This document shows positions 1-10,594 of a stretch of DNA of 64,000 nt, piece by piece. Below the pieces are notes generated by a model. It searched no databases and was not told where the DNA came from. It saw nothing but the letters and a program-made list of their open reading frames with translations. Within the stretch, counting starts at the first letter, position 1. Each line of letters opens with the position of its first letter. The position numbers were made by a program, and so were the translations under genes. Source of the stretch: Thermoanaerobaculia bacterium (GTDB lineage Bacteria; Acidobacteriota; Thermoanaerobaculia; UBA5066); contig CAWFJJ010000024.1 of NCBI GenBank assembly GCA_963816185.1, forward strand, positions 256,001 through 320,000. Direction: 5' to 3'.

Positions 1-322
1 CCCGTCCGAAGAGGGCGAGGCGGGGCGGCCCTCCCGGCGCGCGAACGATCGCGAGCTCCCGAAAGAAGACGCCGTACATTCCGGTGCCGAGCGCCTTCAT
101 GGCCGCTTCCTTCGCGGCGAACAGGCCGGCGACGTGCTCCGCGTAGGCGGGGGATTCCGGCGACCGGCGCACTTCACCGGGCCGGAACAGTTTCTCGACG
201 AAACGCGCGCCATGGCGGTCGATGGCACGCGCCACGCGCGGGACCTCGCACAAGTCCACGCCGACTCCGACGACGACGGAGCCGGCCGGCAGGCCGTCCT
301 CGGCCGTGACGCGTGGGCTCAC
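1..322 (-). CDS. acpS: Holo-[acyl-carrier-protein] synthase (3' end outside window)
   Basis: Manual translation from GTG 322: VVGVGVDLCEVPRV...EHVAGLFAAKEAAMKALGTG, containing the AcpS GVD and FAAKEA motifs; GTGA overlap with the upstream ORF stop. Confidence 0.9.
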   Translation of the reverse strand, partial: MSPRVTAEDGLPAGSVVVGVGVDLCEVPRVARAIDRHGARFVEKLFRPGEVRRSPESPAYAEHVAGLFAAKEAAMKALGTGMYGVFFRELAIVRAPGGPPRLALFGR

Positions 323-606
323 GCGGTTTCCCGCGGGGTTGCGGGGGGCGCGTCGTCCCGCGGTTCCCGCCTCCACGCCTCGATCTCCGATGCCGCGGCC
401 CACAGGTGCAGCAGCCCGAGGCCGAGCAGGAAGCTCCGGAAATAGGGCGACGCGAGGAAAGGACGCGTGATCTCCGGAGACCGCTCCACGACACGGACGG
501 TCCAATACCGGCCCCACGGCGCGAGCGTGAGGAACGCTCCAGCCTCGAGGGCGTAGATGACGAAGAGAGCCCTCAGGAATCGATTGCCTCGGCGAAGATA
601 CGCCAC
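319..606 (-). CDS. Small hypothetical membrane protein
   Basis: 95 aa with two hydrophobic segments; coupled to acpS; TACAAT 7 nt upstream of the GTG. Confidence 0.7.
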   Translation of the reverse strand: MAYLRRGNRFLRALFVIYALEAGAFLTLAPWGRYWTVRVVERSPEITRPFLASPYFRSFLLGLGLLHLWAAASEIEAWRREPRDDAPPATPRETA

Positions 607-640
607 GCCTTTGATTGTAGAGGGAGCGCTCGGGCGGCGT

Positions 641-2512
641 TTAGTGCCGCGCTGGCGGCGGGGCGGGCGCCTGCTGGGGTGCGGCCGCGGGAGGCGATTG
701 GGGCGCGACCGAAGGGGGCGGTTGAGGTGCGGGCGCTGGGACGAAGTCGGGCGCGGACCTCGGGGACTCGTGAACCGGCGCCACCCGAGACGGCGGTGAG
801 TCGTGCGTGCGTTCCCGCTCGATCACGCGGGGCTGTGGCGCGCGCCATCCCGAGTCGCCCTGGCGCCCGGGCCGGTCGGGGCGCCGCTGGATGGGCGCGG
901 GAGGCGGCGAGGAGGGAGAGCGCCAGCCCTCGTCACCGCGGCGGTACGAAGCGCCTCGCCCCGGGCTTACGGAGGCGGACGTGGTCCGCGAAGGAATCCG
1001 CTCGACGCCCCGCCAGGAGTCCGCGGGTGCGCCTTTGTCGGCGCTGCGGAGAGGCGCCTGACGGTAGGCGGGATCCTGGCCGGCGCGCACGACCGAGCGG
1101 CGAAGCTCGTCCAGGGCGGCGGGCGTTAGCGTGCGGTCGCGGCGCAGGACGGCGGTGAGGCCTTCGTTCACCGCCGTCGGCGCGGTGCCGCTCCCTGTGA
1201 CCGGGATGCGGCGAATTGCTTCCTGGATCGACGCTGCGGGACTGCTGCCGCGCTCGAAACGCAGAGGAGCCGTCGCAATCACGCCGATCTCGCCCGGCCG
1301 GAACGGCACGCGGTCCCCGCGGACGATGTCGCGTGCCGGATCGAGCCGGACTCCGAGCCGCCTGGCCGCCACGTAGTGCCATCCCTTCGGGTCGATCTGC
1401 CCGATCGCGACATGTCCGCGAAGGTGGGGGTAGATGAGGGGGCTCGGGCCGCCGACGACCGTATGCGCGTGGCGACGGGCGTACGTGGCGTAATACCCGA
1501 TCGGACACCAGCCCACCCAGTCGGGCGTGTAGCTCCAGTACACCCAGGCCGGGGAGTACTCCGCGCCGGGCACCCACAGCCATCCCAGGAAAGCGTCATA
1601 GACCCACGTTCCATAGTGATACGGAAGCCAGCCCCACGGCTCGTCCGACACCCACGTCATGCCCGCGGGCGTCCATCGCCAGGACCCGAGCGCGTACGGC
1701 GTCCAGCCAAGGGGCACTCGCGGTCTCCAGCAATACGTGCCGTACTTTGCGACGTAGATCCAGCTGCCGTAATCGTCGAAGGCTGCCGTGTCGTAGTCGT
1801 ATGCAAAGTCCGACGAGACGTAACGGGTCGTCTCGCGGCGGTCGGTCCGGTCGCGGCGCTCTTCGACGAATCGCGTGAACGGGTCGCGAGGCGGCGTAGA
1901 CACGTCGACCTCGATTTCGCTGTCTCCGCTCACGAAAGCGTATTCGCCCGCGTGCACGACGGCGCGGCCGCCGCGCCCCTGGACCAGCACCTTGCCCGAG
2001 AGGACGTAGACCTCGGTTCCGCGCCGCCCGGCGTCCACGCGAAAGAGGCCGCGGGACGCGGCGACGATCGTGGCGTCGTCCGTGTCCAGCCTGGGCGCGC
2101 GATCGCGCGCTGCGGTGACCTGAAGGTCAAGGTGCTCGAGAACACGCACCTCGATCGCCGCCGTCCCGTGCTCGAGGAAGAGGAGATCGCGGTCGTCCTC
2201 GGCCTCGTAGGTGTGGGCCATCCGCTCGAAGCGCAGCTCGGTGTAGCCGTCCACGCGGACGACGTTGCCGTCAGCGAGCACGGCTTCCGCGCGCGCCCCG
2301 ACTCCGGTGGAGAGGCTGTCACCGGAGAGAATCGGCGTGTTGACCTGGGCCGCGACGTCGTCCTCCGAGCTCGAGACGAGGAGAACGTCGGGTTGCGCGT
2401 ACGACACATACGTGTACCCCTCCCGCTGGGCGTTCGCACGATTCGGCGCACCCGCCGCAGCGAGGAGAAGAGCGGCGGCGAAAGCGGACGTGGGCAGCCT
2501 GCCGGGGTTCAT
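641..2512 (-). CDS. Exported FecR-domain / DUF6600-like protein with Pro-rich tail
   Basis: Signal peptide, FecR-like N-terminus, WGWLPYHYGTW and W-x-P-G motifs, GGAGGA SD. Confidence 0.8.
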   Translation of the reverse strand: MNPGRLPTSAFAAALLLAAAGAPNRANAQREGYTYVSYAQPDVLLVSSSEDDVAAQVNTPILSGDSLSTGVGARAEAVLADGNVVRVDGYTELRFERMAHTYEAEDDRDLLFLEHGTAAIEVRVLEHLDLQVTAARDRAPRLDTDDATIVAASRGLFRVDAGRRGTEVYVLSGKVLVQGRGGRAVVHAGEYAFVSGDSEIEVDVSTPPRDPFTRFVEERRDRTDRRETTRYVSSDFAYDYDTAAFDDYGSWIYVAKYGTYCWRPRVPLGWTPYALGSWRWTPAGMTWVSDEPWGWLPYHYGTWVYDAFLGWLWVPGAEYSPAWVYWSYTPDWVGWCPIGYYATYARRHAHTVVGGPSPLIYPHLRGHVAIGQIDPKGWHYVAARRLGVRLDPARDIVRGDRVPFRPGEIGVIATAPLRFERGSSPAASIQEAIRRIPVTGSGTAPTAVNEGLTAVLRRDRTLTPAALDELRRSVVRAGQDPAYRQAPLRSADKGAPADSWRGVERIPSRTTSASVSPGRGASYRRGDEGWRSPSSPPPAPIQRRPDRPGRQGDSGWRAPQPRVIERERTHDSPPSRVAPVHESPRSAPDFVPAPAPQPPPSVAPQSPPAAAPQQAPAPPPARH

Positions 2513-2674
2513 TTCGGTCCTCCGTCAATCCTATGCGACCTCCGTACCACGAGCCGCGGCGGCTCTCGTCCCCCCACGGGGACGCTTGACCAGGCCCGGC
2601 AAGCCCTGCAATCTCCGCGCGCCGCCGTGCCCTCCTGAAAAGTGGAGCGCGTCGACCTGTTCGCCGGAGCTCGA

Positions 2675-3190
2675 GTGGCCATACGCGAAATCGTCAAGTA
2701 CGGGGATCCGCGGCTCGTCGCGAAGAACGAAACCATCGGGGTTTTCGACGATCCGAGTCTCGCCGCTCTGCTCCAGGACATGAAGGAGACCTGCTGGGCG
2801 GCTCCGGGTGTCGGGCTCGCGGCGCCGCAGATCGGCGTCAACCTGCGCGTCGCGATCGTGGACCTGTCCGTCGGCAAGGACCCGTCGCAGCTGATCGTTC
2901 TCGTCAACCCGGTCGTCGTGGACACGCAGGGGAGGGTCCGCGACGAGGAGGGCTGCCTCTCCCTGCCCGACCTCGTCGAAACGGTCGACCGGCCCGAGAG
3001 GGTGACCGTGGAGGCATTCGACGAGCACGGAAGGAAGAGAACGCTCGACGGGCTCGATCTTCTCGCCCGGGCTTTCTGCCACGAGATCGACCACCTCGAC
3101 CGGAGGCTCTACGTCGACCGGCTCTCGCCGCTGAAGAAGAGTCTTCTCCTGCGCCAAGTCGTCAAGCGCCAGAAGAAGGGGACTTGGTGA
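2675..3190 (+). CDS. def: Peptide deformylase
   Basis: GVGLAAPQIG, EGCLS and HEIDHL motifs; start placed at GTG 2675 (MAIREIVKYGDP). Confidence 0.95.
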   Translation: MAIREIVKYGDPRLVAKNETIGVFDDPSLAALLQDMKETCWAAPGVGLAAPQIGVNLRVAIVDLSVGKDPSQLIVLVNPVVVDTQGRVRDEEGCLSLPDLVETVDRPERVTVEAFDEHGRKRTLDGLDLLARAFCHEIDHLDRRLYVDRLSPLKKSLLLRQVVKRQKKGTW

Positions 3191-3218
3191 GACGGGGAGC
3201 GCGCGCCGCTCGCGGAGA

Positions 3219-4130
3219 CTAGGCTCCCGCTTTCGCGCGGAGCTCGTCGACGAGCTGGAGGCGATGGAGAGTGCGGCCGAGGTGGGCCGCGAAGGCGATG
3301 AGGTGCTCGAGCTCGGGCGATTCGCCCGGCGGGGAGAGCGGCCCGCGACGATAAAGGCGGAGCGTACCGAGGAGGTCGCGGCCCGAAAAAACGGGAGCGG
3401 CCGTGATCGTCCATTCCGTGGCGCCGTCGCGCGACTCGCCGGGGAGACGCGGGGCGCGACCCGTGCGCGGATCCTCCTCGAGGCCGAGAGTCGCGACGAA
3501 CTCCGGGGGCGTCCCGCCCGGCCAGGTGGTCGACGCCGCCGCGTTCAGCTCGACGAGCCCCGTCCGGCGCACGTGAAGAGTCGCACCGTCGGCGCCGAAG
3601 ACGGACGAGATCCGGTCGAGGACGGGGACGAGGAGCCGCGTCCGGAAGTCGTCGGTCGTCACGTCGTCCTCTTCGGTCTTCGCCGAGATGTCCTGCTGCA
3701 GCTCGAGGATCTGCGTGCGTGCCGTGAGCGTGTCGAGGAGCTCCTTGATGCGCAGCGCGTTCTTCACGCGCGCTTTCAGCTCGCGGGCCGAGAAGGGTTT
3801 CGTGACGTAGTCGTTCGCAAGGGCCTCGAAGCCCTGGAGCAGGTCTTCCTCCTCGGTGCGTGCCGTCACGAAGATCACCTGCGTGCCCGCGGTCGCGCCC
3901 ACGGTCTTGATACGCCGGCACACCTCGTAACCGGACAGGTCGGGCATCCGCACGTCGAGAAGGACGACGTCCGGCCGCCGCGCGTCCACCTTCTCGAGAG
4001 CCTCGGTGCCCGAGAGCGCACTCTCGAAATCGCAGCCCAGCTCGTAGGCGATGTACGACGCGACCTCGGCCTGGTACGGGTCGTCGTCCACGAGGAGGAG
4101 CAAGGGGGGCGCGGCCGGCGATCGAAACAT
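3219..4130 (-). CDS. Response regulator receiver domain plus GAF-like C-terminal domain
   Basis: LLVDDD, LLDVRMP, DYVTKPF motifs, then a coiled coil and a GAF-like segment with no evident output domain. Confidence 0.8.
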   Translation of the reverse strand: MFRSPAAPPLLLLVDDDPYQAEVASYIAYELGCDFESALSGTEALEKVDARRPDVVLLDVRMPDLSGYEVCRRIKTVGATAGTQVIFVTARTEEEDLLQGFEALANDYVTKPFSARELKARVKNALRIKELLDTLTARTQILELQQDISAKTEEDDVTTDDFRTRLLVPVLDRISSVFGADGATLHVRRTGLVELNAAASTTWPGGTPPEFVATLGLEEDPRTGRAPRLPGESRDGATEWTITAAPVFSGRDLLGTLRLYRRGPLSPPGESPELEHLIAFAAHLGRTLHRLQLVDELRAKAGA

Positions 4131-4224
4131 GGCGTGCGAGGATATCGCACACGCGTCGACGGTCCGTGTGGGGCTCCGGCGGTCCGCTGGCGAAATAACG
4201 AGCAGTCGTCGAGAATCGCTCCCC

Positions 4225-5807
<1,583 letters not shown>

Positions 5808-5811
<4 letters not shown>

Positions 5812-5839
5812 CACAGCTGCGATGTTTCAGGTCTACTCT
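5808..5839 (+). promoter_or_regulatory. Putative sigma70 promoter of the leader and superoperon
   Basis: TTGACA 5808-5813; TACTCT 5834-5839 lies 7 nt before the leader ATG (leaderless geometry); the -35/-10 spacing of 20 is longer than canonical. Confidence 0.55.
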
Positions 5840-5846
5840 CCCGGTC

Positions 5847-5888
5847 ATGAGCTCGACCTCGCGCCACTGGCACGTGCATCACAGCTAA
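5847..5888 (+). CDS. His/Trp-rich attenuator leader peptide MSSTSRHWHVHHS
   Basis: ATG AGC TCG ACC TCG CGC CAC TGG CAC GTG CAT CAC AGC TAA; 4 His and 1 Trp in the last 7 sense codons, directly upstream of the his+trp genes. Confidence 0.85.
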   Translation: MSSTSRHWHVHHS

Positions 5889-5943
5889 GCCGGCCGCGCT
5901 TCGCGCCGCCGGCCCATCGTGGTCCGGAGGCGCGCGGGTTTTT
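5889..5943 (+). terminator. Attenuator: overlapping antiterminator (5889-5913) and terminator (5902-5934, T5 at 5939-5943)
   Basis: GCCGGC-CGCG/CGCG-cc-GCCGGC is mutually exclusive with CGCGCC-g-CCGG-c-CCA/TGG-t-CCGG-a-GGCGCG, which is followed by cgggTTTTT. Confidence 0.7.
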
Positions 5944-5958
5944 CAGTAGCACTCACCC

Positions 5959-5991
5959 AACCCCCTCCGGACAGGAGGGGGTTCTCGTTTT
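5959..5991 (+). promoter_or_regulatory. Perfect 10-bp hairpin sequestering the aroDE Shine-Dalgarno (possible second terminator)
   Basis: AACCCCCTCC-GGACA-GGAGGGGGTT then CTCGTTTT, overlapping the TTG start at 5990. Confidence 0.65.
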
Positions 5992-7537
5992 GGCCCTGAC
6001 CGCTCAGAACACGCTTCTCGTCGCCTCGGTGGCGCCGGCGTCGAACGCCGATGCCGTCCTCTCGCGCGAGGCCCTCGCCGATCTGCCTCCTTCGGCGGCG
6101 GTGGAATTACGCCTCGACGCGATGACCGAGGAGCCCGCATTCGGCGCGCTGCGCGCGCGCTTCGAAGGAAGAACACTCATCGCGACTGTCCGTTCCAAAG
6201 CCGAGGGCGGCGTGCTGCCGCGGACTGAAGAGGAAGAGAGGAGATTCTTAGAAGGTGCCCTCGCTGCGGGATTCGATCTCGCCGATGTCGAATTTCGCCG
6301 CGACGTGGGGGACCGCCTCGCCCGCATTCCTTCTTCTAAGAAAATCTCTTCCCTTCATGACCTTGAAGGCATCCCGGCCGACTTGAACACGGTCGTCACC
6401 CGGATGCTCTCGACCGGCGCGCGATACGTGAAGGTCGTCGCGACGGCGAACGATTCCGGCGACGCCCGCCGCCTCCTCGAGCTCCAGGCCGCGCACAGGG
6501 ACGGGCGCCTCACGGTGTTCGGAATGGGAGAGGCCGGCATCGCCACGCGGGCGCTCGCACCGTATCTCGGCGCGCCGCTCGCGTATGGCGCGCTTCTTCT
6601 CGGGCGGGCAACGGCGCCGGGCCAGCTCCTCGCCCGCGACCTCGTGGAGATCTACGGCGTGGCCCGGGCGCGAAAGGTGTCGAGTCTCTTCGGACTCCTT
6701 GGAGGCATGGTTTCGCACTCTCTCTCTCCGGTCATCCACAACGCCAACTTCGAGGCGCTCGGCCTCGACGCGATCTACGTACCATTTGCAATGCTCGTGC
6801 TTGGGAGAGAGCTCGAACCCCTCGTCAACTCGCTCGACACCCTCGGCGTTCGCCTCGCGGGCGCCTCCGTGACGATCCCCTTCAAGGAGGAGGCCGCGGC
6901 GCTTTCGGACGCGGGAGACGACGGCGAGAAAGCGGTCAACACGTTGCTGAGGTCGAGCGCTCCGGGCCAGCCGCTCAGGCTGCGAGCGGAAAACACCGAT
7001 CGCGCGGCGTTCGCGGCCGTGATCGAAGGGACGGGGGTCGCGCTCGTTCTCGGGGCGGGCGGCACCGCAAGGGTCGCCGTCGAAGTTCTGAGAAAGAGGA
7101 AATACGAGGTCTTTCTCATGAACCGAGGCGACGAGCGCGGCGAAGCGCTCGCGAAAGCCACGGGCGCCCATTACGTTTCTCAGAAATCCTCGATGGCCTT
7201 TCCCAGGCCGGACGTCCTCGTCAATGCCACGCCGCTCGGCCTGAAAGACGGCGATCCTCTTCCCTGCGAGCTGGGTCTTCTGCGCCGCGGGATGCTCGTC
7301 GTCGACGCGCCGTACCGCGCGACCGGCACGGAGCTCGTCAGGGCGGCACGCGCCGCGGGCGCGCGCGTCGTGGACGGCCAGACGCTGCTCCTTCTCCAGG
7401 CCGCGGGCCAGGCGACGCTTTTCACGGGCAAGAAGACGGCTCCGCGAGATCTTCTCGAGCGCCTGCCGTCGCATGCACGGCTGGCCTTCTCCTTTTTCGA
7501 AGAGCACCGCCCTGCGCTTCCGGGGATTTCGACATGA
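5990..7537 (+). CDS. aroDE: Bifunctional type I 3-dehydroquinate dehydratase / shikimate dehydrogenase
   Basis: ELRLD, IATVR, SLHD, YVKV and APGQ (AroD) followed by HSLSPVIHN, SVTIPFKE, AVNT, NTD, GAGG and NATPLG (AroE); TTG start after GGAGG. Confidence 0.92.
   Translation: MALTAQNTLLVASVAPASNADAVLSREALADLPPSAAVELRLDAMTEEPAFGALRARFEGRTLIATVRSKAEGGVLPRTEEEERRFLEGALAAGFDLADVEFRRDVGDRLARIPSSKKISSLHDLEGIPADLNTVVTRMLSTGARYVKVVATANDSGDARRLLELQAAHRDGRLTVFGMGEAGIATRALAPYLGAPLAYGALLLGRATAPGQLLARDLVEIYGVARARKVSSLFGLLGGMVSHSLSPVIHNANFEALGLDAIYVPFAMLVLGRELEPLVNSLDTLGVRLAGASVTIPFKEEAAALSDAGDDGEKAVNTLLRSSAPGQPLRLRAENTDRAAFAAVIEGTGVALVLGAGGTARVAVEVLRKRKYEVFLMNRGDERGEALAKATGAHYVSQKSSMAFPRPDVLVNATPLGLKDGDPLPCELGLLRRGMLVVDAPYRATGTELVRAARAAGARVVDGQTLLLLQAAGQATLFTGKKTAPRDLLERLPSHARLAFSFFEEHRPALPGIST
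6245..6342. repeat. Convergent motif pair in the AroD domain (6245 / 6334)
   Basis: GAAGAGAGGAGATTCTTAGAAGG ... CCTTCTTCTAAGAAAATCTCTTCC; cores 89 bp apart. Confidence 0.85.
7086..7185. repeat. Convergent motif pair in the AroE domain (7086 / 7177)
   Basis: GAAGTTCTGAGAAAGAGG ... GTTTCTCAGAAATCC; 91 bp apart. Confidence 0.6.
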
Positions 7538-9174
7538 ACACAGACCGACCCGACCCAAACCTGCCGCGCGGAGTTCAGGCGTTTCTTTTCGATGCGGCCG
7601 AGCGCCGCCGCAAGGCCGAGGACTCGGTCGTCCGGAGGCTCCATGAGGCCGGCCTGCGCGAGGTCATCCTTCCCGTTCTCGATTTCGCGGACCCGTATGC
7701 GGGCGTGACGGCCGAGGGCGACGAGCGCATCTATCGTTTTCTCGATCGGCAGGGAAACACGCTCTCGCTCAGGGCGGACTTCACGCCGATGGCCGCGCGC
7801 GTCGTCGCGCCGCGCCTCGGCACGATCTCGGGTCCTGTGTCCCTGTTCTATCGGGGCGATGTCGTGCGCGACGAAGAAATCGGAGTGGGGCGCCGCCGTG
7901 AGTTCGCTCAGGTGGGAGCCGAGCGTTACGGGGACGGGCGGCCGGAAGCGGACGGTGAGATGCTCGCCCTCGCCCTCTCGTGCCTCGGCGACGTCCCGGC
8001 CCCGCGCCTGAGGCTGACGCTGGGCTGGGCGGGCCTGCTCGAACGGCTGCTCGCCGCGGTCGCGCCGGCGCTCGCGCGCAGGGAGGGCTCCGGTTTGGCC
8101 GACGCGGCTTCGGCCGCCCGCTCGCGACACGTAACGCAGCTCGAGGCGCTGCTCCGGCGCTCGGGCGCAGTCGAAGCGGCCGCGACCGAGGTTGCGAGAG
8201 CGCTCCTCGTAGGCTTCGATCCCGGCTCGATTCTCTTCCGGCCGCCTCTCCTCGCGGGCGCCGCCGCCGAGCTCGCGCGGGCCGTGGCCGTGGCGCAAGC
8301 CGCACGGCCGGGCCTGTCGGTCGTCGTCGACCTGGCAGACGCGCCCGAGGCCCCCTACTACACGGGGCTCACGTTCAGCGTGGACGCGGCGGGCGGCGGC
8401 GGCACGATCGCCGGAGGCGGCCGGTACGACGGGCTCCTCGCGCGCTTCGGCACAGCCGCTCCGGCCCTCGGGTTCTGCATCGGACTCGAGGCGTTCGGCG
8501 CCGCCACGGATGCCGGCGAAGAGGACGAAACCCCGCGGCCGCTCCGGATCGCGGTCGGTAAGGGCCGGCTCCTCCCGCAGGCTCTCGCGGCGCTGCGCGC
8601 GGGAGGGGCCACATTCGACGAGCCGGACGGAAGGCGTCTCCTCGTGGCCGCGACGGACGGCGCGTTCGAGCTGCTCTTGCTTAAGGACGACGACGTGCCG
8701 ACGTACGTGGCGCACGGAGGAGCCGATCTCGGCATCGTGGGCAGCGACCGCGTCGCCGAGAGCGGAGAGGATGTCACGTCGCCCGTCGAGCTGCCTTTCG
8801 GCACTTGCCGGCTGTCGCTCATCGGGAGGGCCGGCGAAGCCTTCCGACCGAACGGGCAGCCCGTGCGCGTCGGCACGAAGTATCGTCGCCTCGCAGCGCG
8901 GTACTTCGACGAGAGGAAGATCGCCCACGAGATCGTCCCGCTGGCGGGCTCCGTGGAGCTCGCCGCGGCCCTGAAGCTCACGGACGTCGTCGTGGACCTG
9001 ATCGAGTCGGGGTCCACGATCGCCGCGAACGGCCTCGCCGAGATCGAGACGATTCTTCCAAGCTGCGCCACCCTCATCCTCGGCCGCGCGTCGCTCGTGG
9101 CGCGCCGGGCCGAGATCGCGGAGTTCGTCGAGCGGCTGCGCGCGAGCGTGCGCGCGGGAACCGGAAAACCATGA
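7534..9174 (+). CDS. hisZG: Fused ATP phosphoribosyltransferase regulatory subunit HisZ + short-form HisG
   Basis: LRADFT, REFAQVGAE, YYTG and GGGRYD (HisZ) in one frame with LRIAVGKGRL, DVPTYV, GSVELA and DLIESGST (HisG). Confidence 0.92.
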   Translation: MNTDRPDPNLPRGVQAFLFDAAERRRKAEDSVVRRLHEAGLREVILPVLDFADPYAGVTAEGDERIYRFLDRQGNTLSLRADFTPMAARVVAPRLGTISGPVSLFYRGDVVRDEEIGVGRRREFAQVGAERYGDGRPEADGEMLALALSCLGDVPAPRLRLTLGWAGLLERLLAAVAPALARREGSGLADAASAARSRHVTQLEALLRRSGAVEAAATEVARALLVGFDPGSILFRPPLLAGAAAELARAVAVAQAARPGLSVVVDLADAPEAPYYTGLTFSVDAAGGGGTIAGGGRYDGLLARFGTAAPALGFCIGLEAFGAATDAGEEDETPRPLRIAVGKGRLLPQALAALRAGGATFDEPDGRRLLVAATDGAFELLLLKDDDVPTYVAHGGADLGIVGSDRVAESGEDVTSPVELPFGTCRLSLIGRAGEAFRPNGQPVRVGTKYRRLAARYFDERKIAHEIVPLAGSVELAAALKLTDVVVDLIESGSTIAANGLAEIETILPSCATLILGRASLVARRAEIAEFVERLRASVRAGTGKP

Positions 9175-10594
9175 TGAAGATCGTCGATGCGCGCACGCGC
9201 GAGGGGCGACGCGAGCTGGAAGCTTTGCTGAAGAGCCGGCGGGGAGCGTCTCCCGACTTCGCCACGTTGAAGCTGGTGCTGCCGGTGGTGGAGGACGTTC
9301 TGCGAAGAGGGGAGCCCGCGCTGAGCAAATATGTAGAACGCTTCGACGGGCCGGGTGCACGCGGGCAAGGTTCGAAGAGAGCCGTTTCTTCGAATGGTAA
9401 AGAGGGGAAACGGCCCGGCGGAACGACGGCAGCGGCGCCCGTTGGCGATCAGCCCTATTACCGTTCTAAGAAAATCCTTATTGATCCCCGTCGCGAAAAG
9501 TTACCTCGTGTGGATCGTTCGTTCGCTGCCGCGTTCCGCCTCGCGCGGCAGCGCATCGAGGCCTATCACCGCAAACAGCTCTCGTACGAATCCGTGGGCT
9601 TCTCTTTCAAAGACTCTCTCGGCGTGTCGTTCGTCGAGAAACCCGTGCCGCTCGACTCCGTCGGCGTCTACGTGCCGGGAGGCCGGGCGTTCTATCCGTC
9701 GTCTGCTCCTGATGGGCGTCGTGCCGGCGCGGGTCGCCGGGGTGCCGCGCGTCGTCGTCGCGACGCCGCCCAACGCGTGGGCGTCGAGCCCGGAGCTGCG
9801 CTGGGCGGCGCGCGAGCTCAGCGTCGACGAAGTGCTCCTCGCGGGCGGGGCTCACGGCATCGCGGGGCTCGTCTCCGTCGCGGGAGTCGCGAAGATCGTG
9901 GGCCCGGGCAACCGCTTCGTCGCGGCGGCGAAACACATCGTGTCGGGCCTCGTGGCCGTGGACATGCCGGCCGGGCCTTCGGAAGTTCTCATCGTCGCGT
10001 CTCGCGACGCGGACCCGTCGCTCGTCGCCGCGGATCTCCTCGCGCAGGCCGAGCACGACCCGGACGCAAGCTGCCTGCTGTTCACGGATTCGAGAGAGCC
10101 TCGCTGCCGACGTGCGGGTCGAAGCGTGTCGCTGCAAATTGGGAGCCTCGAATTCGGACCTTTCTTCGAAAGTGAATGCAGCCACGGCGCGCGCCGCGCT
10201 GCTTCGGCGATGGCCGAATCTTCATTTTCAAAGAAATCTCTCGCGCCCTCGCTTTCGGCCGGCTCAAAGGTCGCCGCCGAGCACGTGCAGTTGATGGGCC
10301 GGAGTCCGCGGAGGGTCTCGCCCTGCGCTGCTCCCGACCGCCGGCGCGCTTTTCATCGGCTCGTCGACGCCGACCGCTCTCGGCGACTACCTCGCCGGCC
10401 CGAACCATGTGCTCCCGACGGGGGGCGCGGCGCGCAGCTTCTCGGGCCTCTCCGTGCGCGACTTCCTGCGCTGGGGCCGCTCCATGAAAGTGCCCGCGAG
10501 CGCAGCGCGCCGGCTCGCGCCTCCGGCCGCAGTTCTCGCGCGGTTCGAAGGCCTCGCGGCGCACGCGCGCTCTCTCGATCGGAGGGCGTCATGA
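9171..10594 (+). CDS. hisD: Histidinol dehydrogenase, broken by several frameshifts (probable assembly errors)
   Basis: GVYVPGG-YPSS, KIVGPGN, DMPAGPSE, QAEHDP, AAEH and GDYLAGPNHVLPT motifs spread over three frames; ATGA coupling at both ends. Confidence 0.88.
9298..9472. repeat. Motif cluster in hisD 5' region (forward 9298, 9386; reverse 9464)
   Basis: GTTTCTTCGAATGGTAAAGAGGGG ... CCCTATTACCGTTCTAAGAAAATCC; 78 bp apart, bracketing an in-frame insertion. Confidence 0.8.
10162..10235. repeat. Convergent motif pair in hisD 3' region (10162 / 10227)
   Basis: CTTTCTTCGAAAGTG ... CATTTTCAAAGAAATCTCTC; 65 bp apart in an indel-affected region. Confidence 0.65.
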
